NCBI GenBank assembly: GCA_037834085.1 | Contig: JBBMKC010262065.1 | Span: forward strand, 1-42,131 | Length of the DNA: 42,131 bases | Direction of reading: 5' to 3' | Source of the DNA: Bipalium vagum | Taxonomy: Eukaryota | In this document: one piece after another, positions 38,605 to 42,131 of the stretch | Layout of the letters: each line of letters begins with the position of its first letter | How positions within the stretch are numbered: the first letter of the stretch is position 1 | Notes under the pieces: generated by a model | Database searches by the model: none | What the model was told of the DNA's origin: nothing | The model's input: the letters and a program-made list of their open reading frames with translations, nothing else | Made by a program: the position numbers and the translations under genes

Positions 38605-39423
38605 ACATAGGTTAGTAGTAAAAGGTGCACCAGGTTTAAATTCGCAAAACTGATATGAAAGATGAAGCTATAGAAAGTTGGTGAATTTAAATCAAACTTG
38701 TAATCAGAAAGCTATGTTCTCGTTGGATATCGCATATCCCTACAATTGATCAAAGACGAGATCTCATTAATTAGTCGCTTAATTTAAGCAGGGAACCTCA
38801 AAATATGTTTATGATATCATCAGTGGCCATGAATCATAGATATACGCATATGAACCCGAAACAAACCAATATAAACTGTTTGGATATTTCAGGGAGAAAA
38901 ATTACCAACGAAAATTGTTCGATCCCGGAACACTTCCAAAAAGTAAAATCAGGTCATGTCGCTACCATTCCTTTAGATGATGGTTGCACAGTTTCTTCAA
39001 ATTGGTAAACTACAGTTTACTTGCCTGAAGTCGTGTAAGAATGGAGTAAAAACAATTTGAAACGCTCCATTGTGCTTCATCATGATAATGCCACTTCCCA
39101 TACAGCCCATTAAAAATTGTTTTTAGAGAAATCAAAACGTTGAATTATGTAGCCATCCATCTCATAGTCCTGATTTGGTATCAATGACTTCTTCACATTT
39201 GAGTCCATTAAAAAATGCTTGAGAATCGGTTTCATATTCCGAACAGACTGTAGAAGCATTCAAATCACATTTTTTGAACATACAGACTTTGGAATGGAAT
39301 AAATATTTCAATGACTGGTTTGACAGAATGCAAAATTGTATAGATTGTGACGGTGAATTGGTAATTATTGGTAATATATGCTGTTTGTGTGTCATTCCAG
39401 AAACTTTTCCACTGACCTACGTA
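38605..39423 (+). mobile_element. Decayed mariner (irritans-like termini)
   Basis: RKLCSRWI, IYAYEPET, LHHDNATSHTA, SPDLVSNDFF, WFDRMQNCIDCDGE; terminus GAAACTTTTCCACTGACCTACGTA. Confidence 0.85.
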
Positions 39424-39949
39424 TGTATTTTAAATCAAAATGTAAAGAAAATGCAAATGTCGATTTCTAGAATCTCATGAAAATGATCATAAGTTAACAA
39501 TTATCCATCTTGTTGATCAAGGCATCAATAAGAGAAATATTCAAAAATGCCGAAGGGTTACAATAAAGGTCTAGTTAATGTAATATGAAAGTAATATAAT
39601 ATAAGTCCGAAAAAGTCAAAGCTAATCAACCGAATTTTGAAAGATTTGAAAAGGAATTATCAGTAAATGATAGAAAAGTGGAAACTATTTTGTTATTTCT
39701 GAGGTTTTGGTTAGAGGAGTTAAATATATATTAGGTATAGAGACCAGAAATTAGATGGCATACAGAGATTAGAAGCACGTGAAAAATCAATCGGGAGGCA
39801 AAACTATTTCTTGGAAATCAATAAAGAATCAAAATTTTAGCTCGCAAATTTCTATTTCTGATTGTGTTAAAAATTATAAAATTCAGAAATAAAAAAAATC
39901 ATAAAATTTCAGAAAAAATAAATGAAAATTTCGGAATATTTTTACTCAA

Positions 39950-40420
39950 GATCTTTTTCTTCTGCTTTTTCCTTCGCTTTCGCATAAATATACTATATTC
40001 ACTCTTCTGGTCGCTGCTTATACGATTTAATATTCTTCAAATTGTGAGTCTTCATTCATTCATTCAATAATTCATTCTGTCTCATCCTAGATAAAGTTTC
40101 TTTGCATTTGCTTCCCCCTTTAGATATCCAATTTTTGTATAATATTTTTGTAATATCTAAGAACATCTTATCCGTCTACTGGCGATATCTCAGTTTTTCA
40201 GTAACCTTTGTGATAGACTATGATCCGTAAATATTTTTTTTAATATCCACAAGCAATGTCTGAAAATTTTAACCCCCCAATACTATCGCCTATTTCCTCT
40301 TCTCAATTTTTGTACAATTTAGTTCGTATTTTTATCAGTCCTCTATTATTGTACTGAATTACATGGTTCTTTTTTCCTTTTACTCGAGAGAGCCAACACT
40401 GTTATTATATTTGGAAGTTA
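39950..40420 (-). mobile_element. Ty3/Gypsy RT-RNase H remnant
   Basis: Degenerate ELNCTKIEK..AIVLG.KIFRHCL, IFTDHSL, YLKGEANAKKLYLG/ETLSR (cf. KG..N..AD.LSR). Confidence 0.6.
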
Positions 40421-40760
40421 ATATTATTTGAATTTTAATTTTTTTTATAAATTTCAAAATATCGATTTGTTATTTTTCCAATTTTATCTAACTATCTACT
40501 TTTTTTAATTAGCTGAATTTTAGATTTTATAAAGCTTTTTTTACTTTTAATTTTTTAACATTTTTTTTCTTTATAAGTTTTGTTTTTATTAAAATATATT
40601 GCATAATTATTTGGTAAATTATCAACTAAATTTACAATATCTTTTTAGTATGATTTTTAGATAGGTCTTAATTATGATAATAAAGTTATATGTGTTTTTT
40701 TAATTTTAAAGAACAGCTTTCACAACTAGAATTATTAAATATTTTATTTCGATTATTTAA

Positions 40761-41793
40761 TATTGGGTTGTCTAAAAAGTTTCTACCGATTTTAGCAATG
40801 TGAAAAACGTAAGAATGTTAAGACAATTCCAGCACCATCTTGGTCGACAATGTCATGTCATTTCTTTGGTAAAGATAAAATTCCGTCACTGTTGAACTTC
40901 TCTGGTTGTTCCCGGAAAACTGAGATAAGTGGTTCTGAATTCAATTCTACACCATCAACGATGTCTACAGTGAACAAAACAAATGATAGTCTGACGGTGT
41001 AATATAATATTTTATCATTTTTAAAATTTAGTTATATTTACAGATTTCTCAATTTTTTATTTAGTTTAATTTTATATTTTAAATTTTTTAACATTTTAAT
41101 ACTTTTTATTAATAATATAAATAGAATTATAATTGAATGTGTTATTGTTGAAAAGGCTTATTATAATAATAAGAAACTAATTTATTTGAATACTAATATC
41201 AGGACTATATTGAGGATGCAACAAAATTTCCTAATCAAGATCCTTCAATTTTTTTGAGTCATCAAAGACACATATGGTCTTGTGTTGTCATGGTGAAACA
41301 CAACGCCTTTCCTATTGATCAATTCTGACCGCTTTATTGCAATTACCTGCTGTACTCTAGTTAATTGTTGACCTTTAGAGAACAGAGTCAACATTTTGAT
41401 CTGGTTGGAGAATTTATTAGTGGATGATTCCTTTGTAATCCAACCAGATGCAAAGCATGACTTTCCTTGGCGTAATTTTGGCCTTGCTATGGTTTATGGG
41501 GTCTCATCACTTTTGTCTAAGATCATTTTCTAACATTGTTCAAGTATCTGATTCATTTTTCGTCACCAGTATTAAGACATTTCAAGAATCATTCGATAGA
41601 GTTTCTTTTCAGCAATGTTTTGCATATTGATAATTTAATAACATGTTAAATATTTTAAAGCAATTTGAGTGCTGTGATTATTAGATTTATGTAATTGAAA
41701 TATATAAACAAATAAAATATCAATATAAATATCCATAAACGTTTTTCGCCGCCTAATCATAAAATCGATGGAATCGTATTAGACAACCAAATT
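40761..41793 (-). mobile_element. Decayed mariner with an internal AT-rich insertion
   Basis: TIRs TATTGGGTTGTCTAAAAAGTTTCTACCGATTTT / AAAATCGATGGAATCGTATTAGACAACCAA; VVFHHDNTRP, YSPDI|TPSDYHLF, DGILSLPKK*. Confidence 0.88.
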
Positions 41794-42061
41794 ATTTCCA
41801 ATAGATAGTTTAATCAAAATTTAGACAATTCAATTATTGCATAACAATTTACAGCAGAGTTCGCCTAATCAAAATTCCTTGGATCCAAAAAAAAACATTC
41901 GAATTAGAAAAATTTGAATTAAAAATAAAAAATTTAAAAATTGAATTAATTTTATTACAGGATAGATGTTTGTCTGGTACTTTGAAGTATAATAGTAACA
42001 GTATATATAATTATTATATTGATTAGAAGCTTTTCACAAAAATTCTATAAATGTTATATAT

Positions 42062-42131
42062 AGCATTTTCAATTAAAAATTCACCATTTTCAAATAATAA
42101 TTCACCATTTTCAAATAAACATTCACCATTT
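42062..42131. repeat. Tandem ~21-bp repeats (TTCACCATTTTCAAATAA..), probably subterminal repeats of another transposon
   Basis: Three to four units running to the window edge; period similar to the 13.6/14.2 kb TIR arrays. Confidence 0.55.

Noticed and set aside
41950-42000. Possible exon of a third gene after TTACAG
   Set aside because: No supporting neighbouring exons or recognisable peptide

Overview
This is very AT-rich eukaryotic, almost certainly animal, nuclear DNA; the species cannot be determined from the sequence. Two spliced genes converge. On + is a ~19-exon coiled-coil protein gene (~2070-19226). On - is a BTBD7 orthologue (33676-~22074), with an MG..S N-terminus, two BTB domains and a BACK-like region. 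Introns are bimodal: a 42-48 nt minimal class, and kb-sized introns filled with decayed transposons (mariner DD34D, Tc1/Tc3 DD34E, IS630-like, DD37E, DD37D, pogo/Tigger, hAT, Ty3/Gypsy remnants), some of them nested. The standout is a complete 344-bp miniature LTR retrotransposon (TRIM) at 15881-16224. It has TG..CA LTRs, a PBS, a PPT and a 5-bp TSD, and its LTRs are built largely from a tRNA-Ala-like Pol III unit. A diverged second copy lies at ~23727-23817. All gene models were read by eye and need RNA-seq confirmation.
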